NCBI GenBank assembly: GCA_035716005.1 | Contig: DASTKG010000052.1 | Span: 6,360 to 70,359 of the forward strand | Length of the DNA stretch: 64,000 nucleotides | DNA from: Candidatus Eiseniibacteriota bacterium | GTDB lineage: Bacteria; Eisenbacteria; RBG-16-71-46; SZUA-252 | Direction of reading: 5' to 3' | In this document: positions 16,905 to 26,677 of the stretch, one piece after another | How the letters are laid out: every line of letters starts with the position of its first letter | Numbering within the stretch: position 1 is the first letter of the stretch | Made by a program: the position numbers and the translations under genes | Notes under the pieces: model-generated | Databases searched by the model: none | What the model was told of the DNA's origin: nothing | Seen by the model: only the letters and a program-made list of their open reading frames with translations

Positions 16905-18872
16905 ATGTCGCACCCCATGAGCCGGACGCCCGCCGTTCTCGCGCTGCTCGCCGGACTTCTCGCGGCGGCCCCCGCCTCGTCGCAGCCGAGCCCCAAATCG
17001 CCCGAGGAGACGATCCTCCTCCAGGAGGGCGCCCGCGACACGACCGGCCTCGCCCTCCTCGCGCGGGCGCACACGAAGCCGGCCGTGCGCGCGCGCGCGG
17101 CCCGGGCGCTCGGGCACATCGGGAATCGCGGGAGCGTGCCCGTGCTCGACGCGGCGCTCCGCGACCCGGTCGCCGCGGTCCGGCGGGAAGCGGCCTTCGG
17201 GCTCGGCTTGATCGGCGATTCGGCCGCGGTGGGCCCTCTCCTCGGCCGGCTGGCGCACGAGACCGACGCGGGCACGCGCGTCGCCATCGTGACCTCGCTC
17301 GGGAACGTGGCGGCGGGCTCGGCGGGCGCGGGGCGACCGAACGAATCGGTCGGCCGCGCGCTCGCGAACTCGCTGAAGGGGCCGCGCGTCTCGGAGCGAT
17401 GGGCCGCCGCGTTCGCCGCCGCCCGTCTTCGCGACTCCTCGCTCGTCGAGCCGCTTCGGCGCGCCGCGCGCGACCCCCGCCCCGACCTCCGGTGGAGAGC
17501 CGCCTACGCGCTCGGGAAGATCGGGGAGCGGAACGCGGCTCCGACGCTTCGAACCCTTTCCTTCGACAAGGACGCGATGGTTCGCGCCGCGGCGGCGCGC
17601 GCGCTCGGCGAGGTGGGCGATTCGAGCGCCACCGCGCGGCTCGGCGCGCTCCTTCACGACCCGGCGTGGCGCGTTCGCGTGAACGCCGCCGCGTCCCTCG
17701 GCACGCTCCGGATCGCCCGGGAGTCGCGGACGCTCATGCCGTTCCTGAGCGATCCGCACGCCCACGTCCGCTGGCAGTCCGCGATCTCCCTCGGGCAGAT
17801 GCGCGATACGCTGGCCGTTCCGCCGCTCATGAAGGCGCTCGCCGATTCCTCGACGGGCGTCGTTCAGGCCGCGGCGATCGCCCTCCTCAAGATCGAGGGG
17901 GACCGCGCCGTGCCGGCCGTCGCGCCGTCGCTCGATCTCCTTCCCGCCTTCCTCCGTTCGGGCCTGGCCGACGCGCTCGGCGACGTCGAGGGCCCGACGG
18001 CCCGCGAGCTGATGCTGGCTCGCGCCCGGCAGACGTCCGATCCCGCGCAGGCGGCGGGCGCGGCCTCCGCGCTCGGGCGACGGCCCGAGGCGCGCGGCGC
18101 CTCGCTCCCGATCCTTCGAGAGCTTCTCGCCGACAAGGACTTCACCGTCGTCTGCTCCGCGGCCGAGGCGCTGGGGACGCTCGGCGACTCGGCGGCCGTA
18201 CCGGCCCTCGGCGCTCTCCTCGCGCGAAAGGGCACCAATCAGGACGACGACGTGCGCACCTCCGCCGCCACGGCGCTCGCGGCGCTCAAGTCGCCCGAGG
18301 CGCTGGCGGCCCTTCGCGCCGCGCGCGGCGACGCCGACCGTCGCGTGCGCGAGATCGCGACCCGGGCGCTCGGCCTTCCCGCCGATTCGATCGGCGACTC
18401 GCCACGCGCGGCGCTGAAGACGCGGGCCACGCCCGCGAGCGAGGCCCGGCGCATGACCGCCCTCGTCACCACCGAGCGCGGCCTCGTCACGATCGCGCTC
18501 GATCCCTCGACCGCCCCGGAAAACGTCGAGAACTTCGCCTCGCTCGCGAGGGCGGGCTACTTCGACGGCCTCCTCTTCCACCGCGTCGTGCCGAACTTCG
18601 TCGTCCAGACCGGCTGCCCGCGCGGCGACGGTTGGGGAAGCCCCGGTTACGCCATCCCCTGCGAGTACAGCGATCGCCCGTACGAGACCGGCACGGTGGG
18701 AATGGCGCTCTCCGGCAAGGACACCGGGGGGAGCCAGTGGTTCATCACGCTCTCGCCGCAGCCGCGTCTCGAAGGGCGCTACACGGTGCTCGGGAAGGTG
18801 ACCGCGGGGATGGACGTCGTGGAGCGGATCATGCCGGGAGATCGGATCGTGAAAGTCACGGTCCGGTACTGA
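16905..18872 (+). CDS. Secreted HEAT/PBS-lyase-repeat protein fused to a cyclophilin-type peptidyl-prolyl isomerase
   Basis: Signal peptide (MSRTPAVLALLAGLLAAAPASS). Multiple HEAT-like repeats follow (VRARAARALGHIG..., VRREAAFGLGLIGD...). A C-terminal cyclophilin domain is present (FHRVVPNFVVQTGCPRGDGWGSPGY...GKDTGGSQWFITL). RBS is GGAGG. Confidence 0.8.
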   Translation: MSHPMSRTPAVLALLAGLLAAAPASSQPSPKSPEETILLQEGARDTTGLALLARAHTKPAVRARAARALGHIGNRGSVPVLDAALRDPVAAVRREAAFGLGLIGDSAAVGPLLGRLAHETDAGTRVAIVTSLGNVAAGSAGAGRPNESVGRALANSLKGPRVSERWAAAFAAARLRDSSLVEPLRRAARDPRPDLRWRAAYALGKIGERNAAPTLRTLSFDKDAMVRAAAARALGEVGDSSATARLGALLHDPAWRVRVNAAASLGTLRIARESRTLMPFLSDPHAHVRWQSAISLGQMRDTLAVPPLMKALADSSTGVVQAAAIALLKIEGDRAVPAVAPSLDLLPAFLRSGLADALGDVEGPTARELMLARARQTSDPAQAAGAASALGRRPEARGASLPILRELLADKDFTVVCSAAEALGTLGDSAAVPALGALLARKGTNQDDDVRTSAATALAALKSPEALAALRAARGDADRRVREIATRALGLPADSIGDSPRAALKTRATPASEARRMTALVTTERGLVTIALDPSTAPENVENFASLARAGYFDGLLFHRVVPNFVVQTGCPRGDGWGSPGYAIPCEYSDRPYETGTVGMALSGKDTGGSQWFITLSPQPRLEGRYTVLGKVTAGMDVVERIMPGDRIVKVTVRY

Positions 18873-18892
18873 GCGGGCCGGAGTCTCGATCG

Positions 18893-20950
18893 ATGGCGCG
18901 GCGGGAGAGAAGGGCGACACGAAAGGGCGCCGGGCGCGCGCCCGGCGCGTCGACCGGCGGCGCCGTCGCGTCGACCGGCGGCCCCGCCGCTCTCTGGCTC
19001 TTCGCGATTCCCATCCTCGTCGGCGTCGTCCTGAATCTTCCGGCCCTTCGTCTCGGCTATTTCTGGGACGACTTCTATTTCCTGACGTTTCGGGGAGGGC
19101 AGGGGAACCTCTTCGCCTTCCTTCTCCCGGACGCGCACGCGGACTTCTACCGGCCCATCCCGCTCGGCGTCTACTTCAAGCTCCTCCGATTCCTCGATCC
19201 CGTCCACGGCGTCCTGGCGCACGCTCTCAACCTGGCCGCCCTCGCCGCGTCGATCGCGCTCCTCGTGGCGCTCGTGTCGCGACTGGCCGGCCCCCGCGCG
19301 GGCTTCCTCTCCGGGCTCATCTTCGCCGGTTACGGGCACGTGCCGGGACTCGTCGCCTGGATCAGCTGCAGCCAGGATCTCCTCGCCCTGCTCTTCCTCC
19401 TCGCGGCGTTCCTGCTTCGGCATCGGGGGAACGACGCTCCGGCCTTCGCCTGCGCCGTCGCCGCGCTTCTCTGCAAGGAACCCGCCATCACGGCGTTCCC
19501 CGTCCTCGCGGCGTGGGACTCGATCGTGGGCCGCCCGGCACGGAATCCCCGCCTTCAGATCGCCGGCTACGCGGCGGCGGCTCTCGGTTGGGCGCTCGTT
19601 CATCCCGGCATCCATCAGCTGGTCGAGCGCGGGTTCAGGAGCGGAACGTCGGGCTACGTGGGAATCGGCCGATCGGAGCGAACGATCGAGTACGTCTGGC
19701 GGTACGTGCTGGCGCTCGCGAACGTGCCGCCGCCCGGGCTCGCGGTCGCCTGGTGGTGGGACCGGGCCTGGTTCGGGCTCGCGGCGCTGCTCTCGGCGCT
19801 GGCGGGTTTCTGGCTGCTCGATCGTCGCCGCGGCGCGCTTCGGGCGCAGCCGCGGGAGCGGACGATCCCGCTCGCGCGGATCGCGATCCTCAGCGCTTCC
19901 TTCGCGATTCCCGCGCTCGCCATGCCGGCGCTCCTCGTCCGGCACTGGTCCCCCTATTTCGTCTCCATCGCCTCGGTCGGCGCGGCGATCCTCGCCGGCG
20001 CGGCGCTCTCCCGGCGGCCGCGCGCGGTCGTCGCGACCGTGCTGGCGCTCTTCTTCGTCCTCGGAATCTGGAGCCGCGGACTTCGGGGAGAGCGCGAATG
20101 GATCCTGAGCGAGCCGCTCATGGCCGAGTCCGCGGCGAGCGTTCGCGCGCTTCACCGGAACGTCGAGTCGCTCTTCCCGGCGTTTCCGAAGGGAAGCGAG
20201 GTCGTCGTCTCCGTCGAGGCGAGAGGCATCCGGGGCATCCGGAGCGCGCTCATCGACGGCCAGGCGCTGAGCCTCTGGTACTCGGATCCGTCGCTCCGGA
20301 CCGTCACGCCGATGCAGCGCCGTCCCGGCGCGCCCGCGGAGTTCCTGATTCGTGTCACGGGCGGATCCGACGTGATCGCCGTCGATCCGGGGACGGGGGA
20401 GATCCGCACGACCCAGCCGGGCCAGCCGGCCCTGGAGGAGTTCGAGCCTCTCCTCGTGGCCTACGCGCGAGCGGTGGCGGCCGGCGGCTCCCTCGATCGC
20501 GCCGTCGGGATCATGGAGAGGCTTCGCCCCTGGGAGACGGGCGACCTCGTCTTCTATCATCGCCGTCTGATCGCGAGCATGCTCCTCGCCGGCGGACGCC
20601 GGGAGGCGGCCGATTCGCTCCTCGCGACGCTGCCGCCCTATCCTCCCGACGTGGCCCGCACGCTCGTCTTCAACCTCCTCGCGAACGCGAGCCCGAGCGA
20701 GCCGCTCGACCTTGCCGCGTTCGAGGCGTTCGGACTCTCGGCGGGCGACCCCGCGGCGATTCGCTGGACGATGCGCGAATTCACGAGGGTGGGCGCGCTC
20801 GGCCAGGCCGCGTGGTACGCGCGGACGCTCGAACGGCTGGCGCCGGGCGACGGCGAGAGCGCGGAGCTGCTTCGGAGGGCGGAGCGGCTCGGGATCGAGC
20901 CCCGGCGGGAGCCTTCGCCCCGCCTCGCGAGGCCCGGCGAGAAGGCGTAG
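18893..20950 (+). CDS. Polytopic membrane protein, GT-C-like (PMT/ArnT-type) putative glycosyltransferase
   Basis: 685 aa. About 10 N-terminal TM helices with a YFWDDFYF periplasmic-loop motif, followed by a C-terminal soluble domain. The upstream part of ORF 17399..20950 overlaps the PPIase gene in another frame and is rejected. Confidence 0.6.
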   Translation: MARRERRATRKGAGRAPGASTGGAVASTGGPAALWLFAIPILVGVVLNLPALRLGYFWDDFYFLTFRGGQGNLFAFLLPDAHADFYRPIPLGVYFKLLRFLDPVHGVLAHALNLAALAASIALLVALVSRLAGPRAGFLSGLIFAGYGHVPGLVAWISCSQDLLALLFLLAAFLLRHRGNDAPAFACAVAALLCKEPAITAFPVLAAWDSIVGRPARNPRLQIAGYAAAALGWALVHPGIHQLVERGFRSGTSGYVGIGRSERTIEYVWRYVLALANVPPPGLAVAWWWDRAWFGLAALLSALAGFWLLDRRRGALRAQPRERTIPLARIAILSASFAIPALAMPALLVRHWSPYFVSIASVGAAILAGAALSRRPRAVVATVLALFFVLGIWSRGLRGEREWILSEPLMAESAASVRALHRNVESLFPAFPKGSEVVVSVEARGIRGIRSALIDGQALSLWYSDPSLRTVTPMQRRPGAPAEFLIRVTGGSDVIAVDPGTGEIRTTQPGQPALEEFEPLLVAYARAVAAGGSLDRAVGIMERLRPWETGDLVFYHRRLIASMLLAGGRREAADSLLATLPPYPPDVARTLVFNLLANASPSEPLDLAAFEAFGLSAGDPAAIRWTMREFTRVGALGQAAWYARTLERLAPGDGESAELLRRAERLGIEPRREPSPRLARPGEKA

Positions 20951-20977
20951 CCCGGGCGGGGAGCGCGCGTCCGCGCG

Positions 20978-21859
20978 CTAGACGATTCCGACGACGAGCC
21001 GCTCGAGCATCGACTTGAGCGGAGGCGCCACGCGGGCGACGGCGTTGGTCACGTCGTCGTGCGCGAGCCGGGCGGGGGATCGGCCCGCGGCCCAATTCGT
21101 CACGCAGGAGATCGCCACGCAAGGCAGCCCGAGCGAGGCCGCCATGGCCGTCTCGGCGCCCGTCGACATGCAGACGACGTCGGCCCCGAGCCTCTCCAGC
21201 ATTTCGATCTCGGCCGGCGTCTCGTACGACGGGCCGAGCATCACGCCGAGCACGCCGCGCTCGAGCGTCACGCCCGCGACGGCCGCCGCGCGCGCCGCCT
21301 TCCCCATCAGCTCGGCGTCGTAGACGGGCCGGCGGGTGAGCCCCCGGGCGCCGAGCTCGCCGGCGCCGAGCTCGCCGCTTCCGCGAAGGGGCGAGCGCCA
21401 CTGCAGATTCACCTGGTCCTCGATCAGGACGAGCGTTCCCGGCGCCATGCGCGCCGCGATCCCGCCCGAGGCGTTCGTGAGGATGAGAGCCTTCGATCCG
21501 AGCCCCGCCAGGAGCCGAACCATCCGCGTCGCCACGTCCGCCGAGAATCCCTCGTAGAGGTGCGACCGCCCCTGGGCGATGGCCACCGGGCGGCCGCCCC
21601 ACTTGCCGAGAAGGAGACGCCCCGCGTGGCCCGCCACCGAGGAGTGCGGGATTCCCGGGAGATCGCGGTAGGGAATTTCCGCCTCCCACGCCGTCCCCTC
21701 GGCCAGCACGCCGAGACCGCTCCCGAGGACGAGGGCCGACCGGGGAACGAGCGGCGTGCGGCGCCGGACCACGGCCAGCGCCTCCTCCAGCGAGAAGGGA
21801 ATGCTCGCCGCGTCCGCGTGGGCCGGTGCGTGTCGGCGGGCGGAGATCGACGGCTTCAC
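20978..21859 (-). CDS. Purine nucleoside phosphorylase (PNP/MTAP family)
   Basis: PNP-family motifs are present (VLGSGLG, GHAGRLLLG, MLGPSYETPAE, VCMSTG). Confidence 0.85.
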   Translation of the reverse strand: MKPSISARRHAPAHADAASIPFSLEEALAVVRRRTPLVPRSALVLGSGLGVLAEGTAWEAEIPYRDLPGIPHSSVAGHAGRLLLGKWGGRPVAIAQGRSHLYEGFSADVATRMVRLLAGLGSKALILTNASGGIAARMAPGTLVLIEDQVNLQWRSPLRGSGELGAGELGARGLTRRPVYDAELMGKAARAAAVAGVTLERGVLGVMLGPSYETPAEIEMLERLGADVVCMSTGAETAMAASLGLPCVAISCVTNWAAGRSPARLAHDDVTNAVARVAPPLKSMLERLVVGIV

Positions 21860-21866
21860 AGGCGGC

Positions 21867-22751
21867 TCAGAGGGTGTCGGGATCGAGGCGAGCTTGCCGC
21901 GTCGCGGCGATGCGGAGCGAGCGGCGCGAGAAGAGCACGAGATAGGCGAGAGCCAGGACGAAGGGCGCGGCTTCGAGTCCGACGGCCGCCGGACCCGAGG
22001 CGCCGGCGTAGGGACGAAGCGTGCGGAGGATCGCCGGACCCGACGCGAGGAGGATCGCCGGCGCGAAGCTCCAGCGTCCCGCGATGGCGCAGGCGAGCGC
22101 CAGCATCCCGAGGGCGACCGGAGGCGAAGCGCCCGAGACGCGCAGCAGGAGCGCCGCGCCGGGGACGACGAAGAGCGCTCCGGCCGCGAGGCCGATGAGC
22201 CTCGTCCGCGTCGCGTTCGCGTGCGGAACGCGGAGCGAGGGCGTCTCGCCGAACGCGCGGAGCCTGAGGCCGAAGGGAGTCCTCCAGTAGATCCAGGAGG
22301 CGAGAGCCACCAGGAGCGGCGACGCGAGGAGCCAGGGATTCGCCAGGAGATCCTCGGCGTAGGTTCCGGCCAGGGGCGTTCCGCCCACGAGGCCCGGCGG
22401 CGGCGTCTCGGTGAGAAGGAGGTGCGTGCCGGCCCGCGTCAGGAGTCCGAGGCCGCACGCCGCCACGAGGCTCGCGGCGAAGGTGCCGATGGCGCGGTCG
22501 GTCCCGAGGAGGTGGAGGATCGTTCCGGTGGCGAGGGCGAAGACGAGGGCCGAGCCCGCCGCGATCGCCGCGGCGCCCCAGTAGGAGGCCGTGGCGTCGT
22601 AGCCCGCGATGAATCCGATCATGGCCGCGGCGACGCACCCTTCGACGCCGAGCCCCGAGTAGCCGGCGCGCTCCCAGTAGAGGCAGGCAACGACGAAGAG
22701 CGCGAGCGCGCTCCACTCGATCGGGAAGCGGAGGAGCGGGATCCAGTCCAT
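21867..22751 (-). CDS. ABC-type transporter permease-like membrane protein (BPD_transp_2/nucleoside-permease-like)
   Basis: 294 aa with ~8 TM helices, sitting inside the nucleoside salvage operon. The family assignment is tentative. Confidence 0.45.
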   Translation of the reverse strand: MDWIPLLRFPIEWSALALFVVACLYWERAGYSGLGVEGCVAAAMIGFIAGYDATASYWGAAAIAAGSALVFALATGTILHLLGTDRAIGTFAASLVAACGLGLLTRAGTHLLLTETPPPGLVGGTPLAGTYAEDLLANPWLLASPLLVALASWIYWRTPFGLRLRAFGETPSLRVPHANATRTRLIGLAAGALFVVPGAALLLRVSGASPPVALGMLALACAIAGRWSFAPAILLASGPAILRTLRPYAGASGPAAVGLEAAPFVLALAYLVLFSRRSLRIAATRQARLDPDTL

Positions 22752-22773
22752 GGCCGGTGGTTCCGCCGCGCTC

Positions 22774-23409
22774 TCAGCGCTTCTCGGCCAGGAGCGCCCG
22801 GATCTTCGTCTTCAGCAAGTCGATCGCCACGACGTTGTAGCCCCCCTCGGGGATGACGAGGTCAGCGTAGCGCTTGGAGGGCTCCACGAACTGGAGGTGC
22901 ATGGGGCGGACGCTCGATTCGTACTGGCGAATGATCGAGTCGAGGGTCCGGCCGCGCTCGGTGAGGTCCCGCTTCAGGCGCCGGATGAATCGGATGTCGG
23001 GATCGGCGTCGACGTAGATCTTGATGTCCATCAGCTGCCGGAGCGACGGGTCCTCGAGGATCAGGAGGCCGTCGAGGATGATGATCGGCCGCGCCTGCAC
23101 CTTCAGCGGCTCGGCGAGGCGCGTGTGCGTCCGCATGTCGTAGACCGGCATCTCGATGGCGCCCCCCGAGAGGATCGTCTCGAGATGCTGGCGAAGGAGA
23201 TCGCGGTCGAAGGCGTCGGGGTGATCGAAGTTCCGGTTCTCCCGCTCGCCGAGCGGAATCTTCTGAAGATCGCGGTAGTAGGAGTCCTGTTCGAGCAGGA
23301 GAACCTTGTCGTGTCCCAGGTCCTCCGCGATCGACTGGGCGACGAGCGTCTTGCCGGCGCCGGTTCCTCCCGCGATGCCGATGAGAATGCCGCGGCCCCG
23401 TCCCGGCAT
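22774..23409 (-). CDS. udk: Uridine kinase
   Basis: P-loop GIAGGTGAGKT. Uridine/cytidine kinase signature runs throughout (YYRDL, DHPDAFD, IILDGLL). Confidence 0.9.
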   Translation of the reverse strand: MPGRGRGILIGIAGGTGAGKTLVAQSIAEDLGHDKVLLLEQDSYYRDLQKIPLGERENRNFDHPDAFDRDLLRQHLETILSGGAIEMPVYDMRTHTRLAEPLKVQARPIIILDGLLILEDPSLRQLMDIKIYVDADPDIRFIRRLKRDLTERGRTLDSIIRQYESSVRPMHLQFVEPSKRYADLVIPEGGYNVVAIDLLKTKIRALLAEKR

Positions 23410-23412
23410 CGG

Positions 23413-23964
23413 CTAGGCGACTTCCTCGCGCGGCCGGGGTTCCGCGTCGATCTCGGCGGCGCTCAACGCGGCGATATAGGGGAGATGGCGGAAACGCTCC
23501 GCGAAGTCGAGGCCGTAGCCGACCAGGAAGCGGTCGGGGACGGAGAAGCCGACGTAGTCGAGCGGAACGGCGCGCTCGCGGCGCTCGGCCTTGTCGAGCA
23601 GGGTCACGATCCGGAGCGAGCGAGGCCCGCGGGCGAGGAGCGATTCGCGAAGGAAGTGGAGCGTATGCCCGCTGTCGACGATGTCCTCGACGAGGATCAC
23701 GTCGCGGCCCGCGATCTTCTTTTCCAGATCCTTCACGAGGCGGGGATTCCGGCTCGATTCGGAGGCCGAGCCGTACGAGGTGACGCTCACGAAATCGAGT
23801 TCGTGCGGAATGGGGATCGCCTGCATCAAATCGGATACGAAACAGATGCACCCGTTCAGCACGCCGACCAGAAGAGGGGTGCTGTCGGGATAGTCGCGGG
23901 CGATCTGACTTCCCAACTCGCAAACCCGGCGCCGGATATCCGCCGATGCGATCAGGACTTCCAT
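23413..23964 (-). CDS. hpt: Hypoxanthine-guanine phosphoribosyltransferase
   Basis: PRTase motif VILVEDIVDSGHTL. HGPRT-family N-terminus is present. Start is at the internal ATG (MEVLIAS), because the upstream part of ORF 23413..24120 is not coding-like. Confidence 0.88.
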   Translation of the reverse strand: MEVLIASADIRRRVCELGSQIARDYPDSTPLLVGVLNGCICFVSDLMQAIPIPHELDFVSVTSYGSASESSRNPRLVKDLEKKIAGRDVILVEDIVDSGHTLHFLRESLLARGPRSLRIVTLLDKAERRERAVPLDYVGFSVPDRFLVGYGLDFAERFRHLPYIAALSAAEIDAEPRPREEVA

Positions 23965-24005
23965 GGGGTGCGCCACCTCCTGACGGGTCGTTTTCACGAC
24001 TTTAG

Positions 24006-24023
24006 CACCCCCCTCGGGGGGTG
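24006..24023. promoter_or_regulatory. Perfect palindrome CACCCCCC-tc-GGGGGGTG in the divergent hpt/DUF5658 intergenic region
   Basis: 18-bp inverted repeat located between the two divergent gene starts (23964 and 24201). Confidence 0.35.
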
Positions 24024-24200
24024 TCAAATCAGGCGCAAGTTCGCCCCCAGGCTGCCGATATAAGCCGAAACGAAGCACGAGCCAGGCGGGGGCGGCCGGG
24101 AGGGACCGACGTGGCGGCAACGACAGCGAGTGTGGCGGAGCGCCGGCAGGGTCAGCGGCGGCGAAGCGATCGGCGCTCGGCCGGACGGCTGGAGCGGCGG

Positions 24201-24506
24201 ATGTTCTTCATGCTCTGGGGCGTCGGCATTCTCAACTACACCGACGCCGCCCAGACGATCTACCTCCTGAACGTGAAGCTGATGGTGGAGGCGAACCGCT
24301 TCATGGCGTTCCTCCTCGACCATTCCCCCTACGTCTTCTGGATGTACAAGACGCTGGTGCCGACGCTCGGCTGCGTTCTCCTCTGGCGTTTCCGGACGAA
24401 GGTGAAGTGGCTTCCCGGGGCCGTCATCACCGTCTTCGCCGTCTACCTCACGGTGGTGATCCGCAGCTTCCTCTACATGCTCCTGCCGAACACGCCGACG
24501 GTCTGA
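24201..24506 (+). CDS. Small membrane protein, DUF5658-like
   Basis: About 100 aa with the motif LNYTDAAQTIYLL...EANRFMAFLL...LLWR, typical of this family. The N-terminal 60 aa of ORF 24021..24506 are Arg-rich junk and are excluded. Confidence 0.55.
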   Translation: MFFMLWGVGILNYTDAAQTIYLLNVKLMVEANRFMAFLLDHSPYVFWMYKTLVPTLGCVLLWRFRTKVKWLPGAVITVFAVYLTVVIRSFLYMLLPNTPTV

Positions 24507-24513
24507 GATCGCC

Positions 24514-25338
24514 ATGTCCGAGCACTATCTCAGGCTGACGCCGTTCGTTCGCGAGGCCGGCCCCGCCGGGCCGGACGGTCCTCCCGCGCGGGAGGACGTC
24601 GGCTATTTCTTCATCAACTCCTTCCTCCTCTCGCGCATCGACTCGGACATGCCGTCCGACCTGAAGGAGTACGACGAGGACGTGAACGTCTACACGGCGT
24701 CCCTCCTGGCCGGCATCGTGTCGGGCCGCGAGGATCTTCTCCGGGCCGATCTCGTCTCGCCGCGCGACACCGACGTCTTCGCCCGCGTGCAGGAGAGCAA
24801 GGACCAGCGCCATCGCTACCGCGTCTACAAGGCCAACGCCGACTTCATCTACGTCTCGCTCGGCATCTTCAGCGGGGGCGCCGCGCCGCGAAGCCCCATC
24901 GCCGAGGACCTGGAGGAGCGCGAGCAGCTCCTGACGGGGCGCGGAAAATCGTACTACCACTTCGCGGCGGCCTACGCGGAGCGCCTCTACCGGAGCCGCG
25001 CCGGCGTGGCCGAAGTGATGGACAAGCTCTCCCGCAACTTCGAGTCGTACACGAAGGTCATGGCGTGGATGAGCGGCGAGTACCTCCATCTCCTGCGAAA
25101 GATCAGCGAGGGGGAGGAGTTCCACCTGAGCCGCGACGCGCAGAGCCGGTTCGAATCGGCGCACAAGACGCACGTCTGGGACGAGCTCCTGGAATCGTAC
25201 GTGGCCTGGCAGAAGACCCACGCGCTCGAATCCCGCCGGCGGCTCCATCGCGCGGCGCGCGAACTTCGGAAGATCGACCCCGATTTCTCGTTTCGCGCCT
25301 TCCGCGACCGCTGGGACGACGCCTCCGGCACCGTTTGA
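24514..25338 (+). CDS. Hypothetical soluble protein (274 aa), co-transcribed with the DUF5658 gene
   Basis: High GC3 and balanced composition. It starts 7 bp after the upstream stop. No family was recognised. Confidence 0.55.
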   Translation: MSEHYLRLTPFVREAGPAGPDGPPAREDVGYFFINSFLLSRIDSDMPSDLKEYDEDVNVYTASLLAGIVSGREDLLRADLVSPRDTDVFARVQESKDQRHRYRVYKANADFIYVSLGIFSGGAAPRSPIAEDLEEREQLLTGRGKSYYHFAAAYAERLYRSRAGVAEVMDKLSRNFESYTKVMAWMSGEYLHLLRKISEGEEFHLSRDAQSRFESAHKTHVWDELLESYVAWQKTHALESRRRLHRAARELRKIDPDFSFRAFRDRWDDASGTV

Positions 25339-25372
25339 CGGCCCGGCGGCCGCTACCGTAGGCTCCCGCGGC

Positions 25373-26677
25373 ATGCCTCCCACTCCTCTTCGCGTCGGCA
25401 TCCTCGGCTGCGGCGTCGTCGGCACGGGGCTTCTCAGGCTCCTGGCCGAGCGTGAGCGCGCGGTCGCCGAGGCGGCGGGCGGGCCGCTCCGCGTCACGCG
25501 CATCGCCGTGCGCGACCTCGGGAAGCGGCGCGAGGCCGATCCCGGCAAGGCCGCGGTCGGCATCGATCCGATGGCCGTCGCGGAGGCCGACGACGTCGAC
25601 ATCGTCGTCGAGCTGATGGGGGGAATCGACGCGGCCTACCCGGCCGTCCGGAGGGCCCTGGAGCGGGGCCTCCCCGTCATCACGGCGAACAAGCACCTCA
25701 TCTCGCTCCACGGGCCCGAGCTCGAGGCGACGGCGGCCCGAACGGGCGCGGCGCTCCGCCACGAGGCCTCCGTCGGCGGCGTGATCCCCATCCTCCAGTC
25801 GCTCGACCAGGGGCTTCGCACCGAACGCTTCACGCTCCTCGTCGGCATTCTCAACGGAACGACGAACTTCATCCTCTCGACGATGGAGCGGGAGGGGCGC
25901 GACTTCTCGGAGGCGCTCGACGCCGCCCGCTCGCTCGGATTCGCCGAGGCCGATCCGTCGCTCGACCTCTCGGGGGCCGACACCGCGCAGAAACTGACGC
26001 TCCTCGCCCGGAAGGCCTTCCGGACCGACGTGCCGCACGGATCGATCCCCACCGAGGGAATCGTCGGCATGGAGCTCGAGGACCTCCGCCAGGCCGACCG
26101 CTTCGGCTACGTGGTGAAGCTCCTCGGCATCGGACAGCGGACGCCCGAAGGGCTCGACCTGCGCGTCCATCCCGCCTTCATCCCGAAGCGCTACCTCCTC
26201 GCGGCCGTCCGCGACGAATTCAACGGCGTCTATCTCCGCGGCGAGGCGGCGGGCTCCATGCTCCTCTACGGCAAGGGCGCCGGCGCGCTTCCGACCGCGC
26301 AGGCGGTCCTCGGCGACCTGATCGCCGTGGCGCGCGAGCGGAGGCTCCGCGGCGCGGGCGCTCCCGTGAAGCCCGGCGCGCCCCCCGCGCTCGAGCCGGA
26401 GGCGAAGCTCTCGATCGACGACGTGCGGACGAAGTTCTACGTCCGGCTCCTCGTCGACGACCAGCCGGGCGTCCTCGCGCAGATCGCGCAGCGCCTCGGG
26501 GGCTCGCGCGTCAGCGTGGCGCAGATGTTCCAGGAACCGGGCGTTCGCGGGGAGGCGTCGATCACGCTCCTCACGCACGAGGCGCGCGATCGGGACGTCC
26601 GCGACGCGGTGGGCGCGATCGGCGCGCTTCCCACGGTCCGGCGCTCGCCTCGCGCCATCCGGATCTTCGACCGATGA
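25373..26677 (+). CDS. hom: Homoserine dehydrogenase
   Basis: N-terminal NAD(P)-binding motif (GILGCGVVG), catalytic domain and a C-terminal ACT domain. Confidence 0.92.
   Translation: MPPTPLRVGILGCGVVGTGLLRLLAERERAVAEAAGGPLRVTRIAVRDLGKRREADPGKAAVGIDPMAVAEADDVDIVVELMGGIDAAYPAVRRALERGLPVITANKHLISLHGPELEATAARTGAALRHEASVGGVIPILQSLDQGLRTERFTLLVGILNGTTNFILSTMEREGRDFSEALDAARSLGFAEADPSLDLSGADTAQKLTLLARKAFRTDVPHGSIPTEGIVGMELEDLRQADRFGYVVKLLGIGQRTPEGLDLRVHPAFIPKRYLLAAVRDEFNGVYLRGEAAGSMLLYGKGAGALPTAQAVLGDLIAVARERRLRGAGAPVKPGAPPALEPEAKLSIDDVRTKFYVRLLVDDQPGVLAQIAQRLGGSRVSVAQMFQEPGVRGEASITLLTHEARDRDVRDAVGAIGALPTVRRSPRAIRIFDR

Noticed and set aside
16454-20560. Minus-strand ORFs 16454..17287, 16890..18920 and 18779..20560, and the N-terminal portions of plus ORFs 15798..18872 and 17399..20950
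   Set aside because: The plus-strand ORFs are only coding-like from the internal ATGs (16905 and 18893), which carry RBSs and signal or TM sequences. Everything upstream, and the minus frames, is Arg/Pro-rich shadow.
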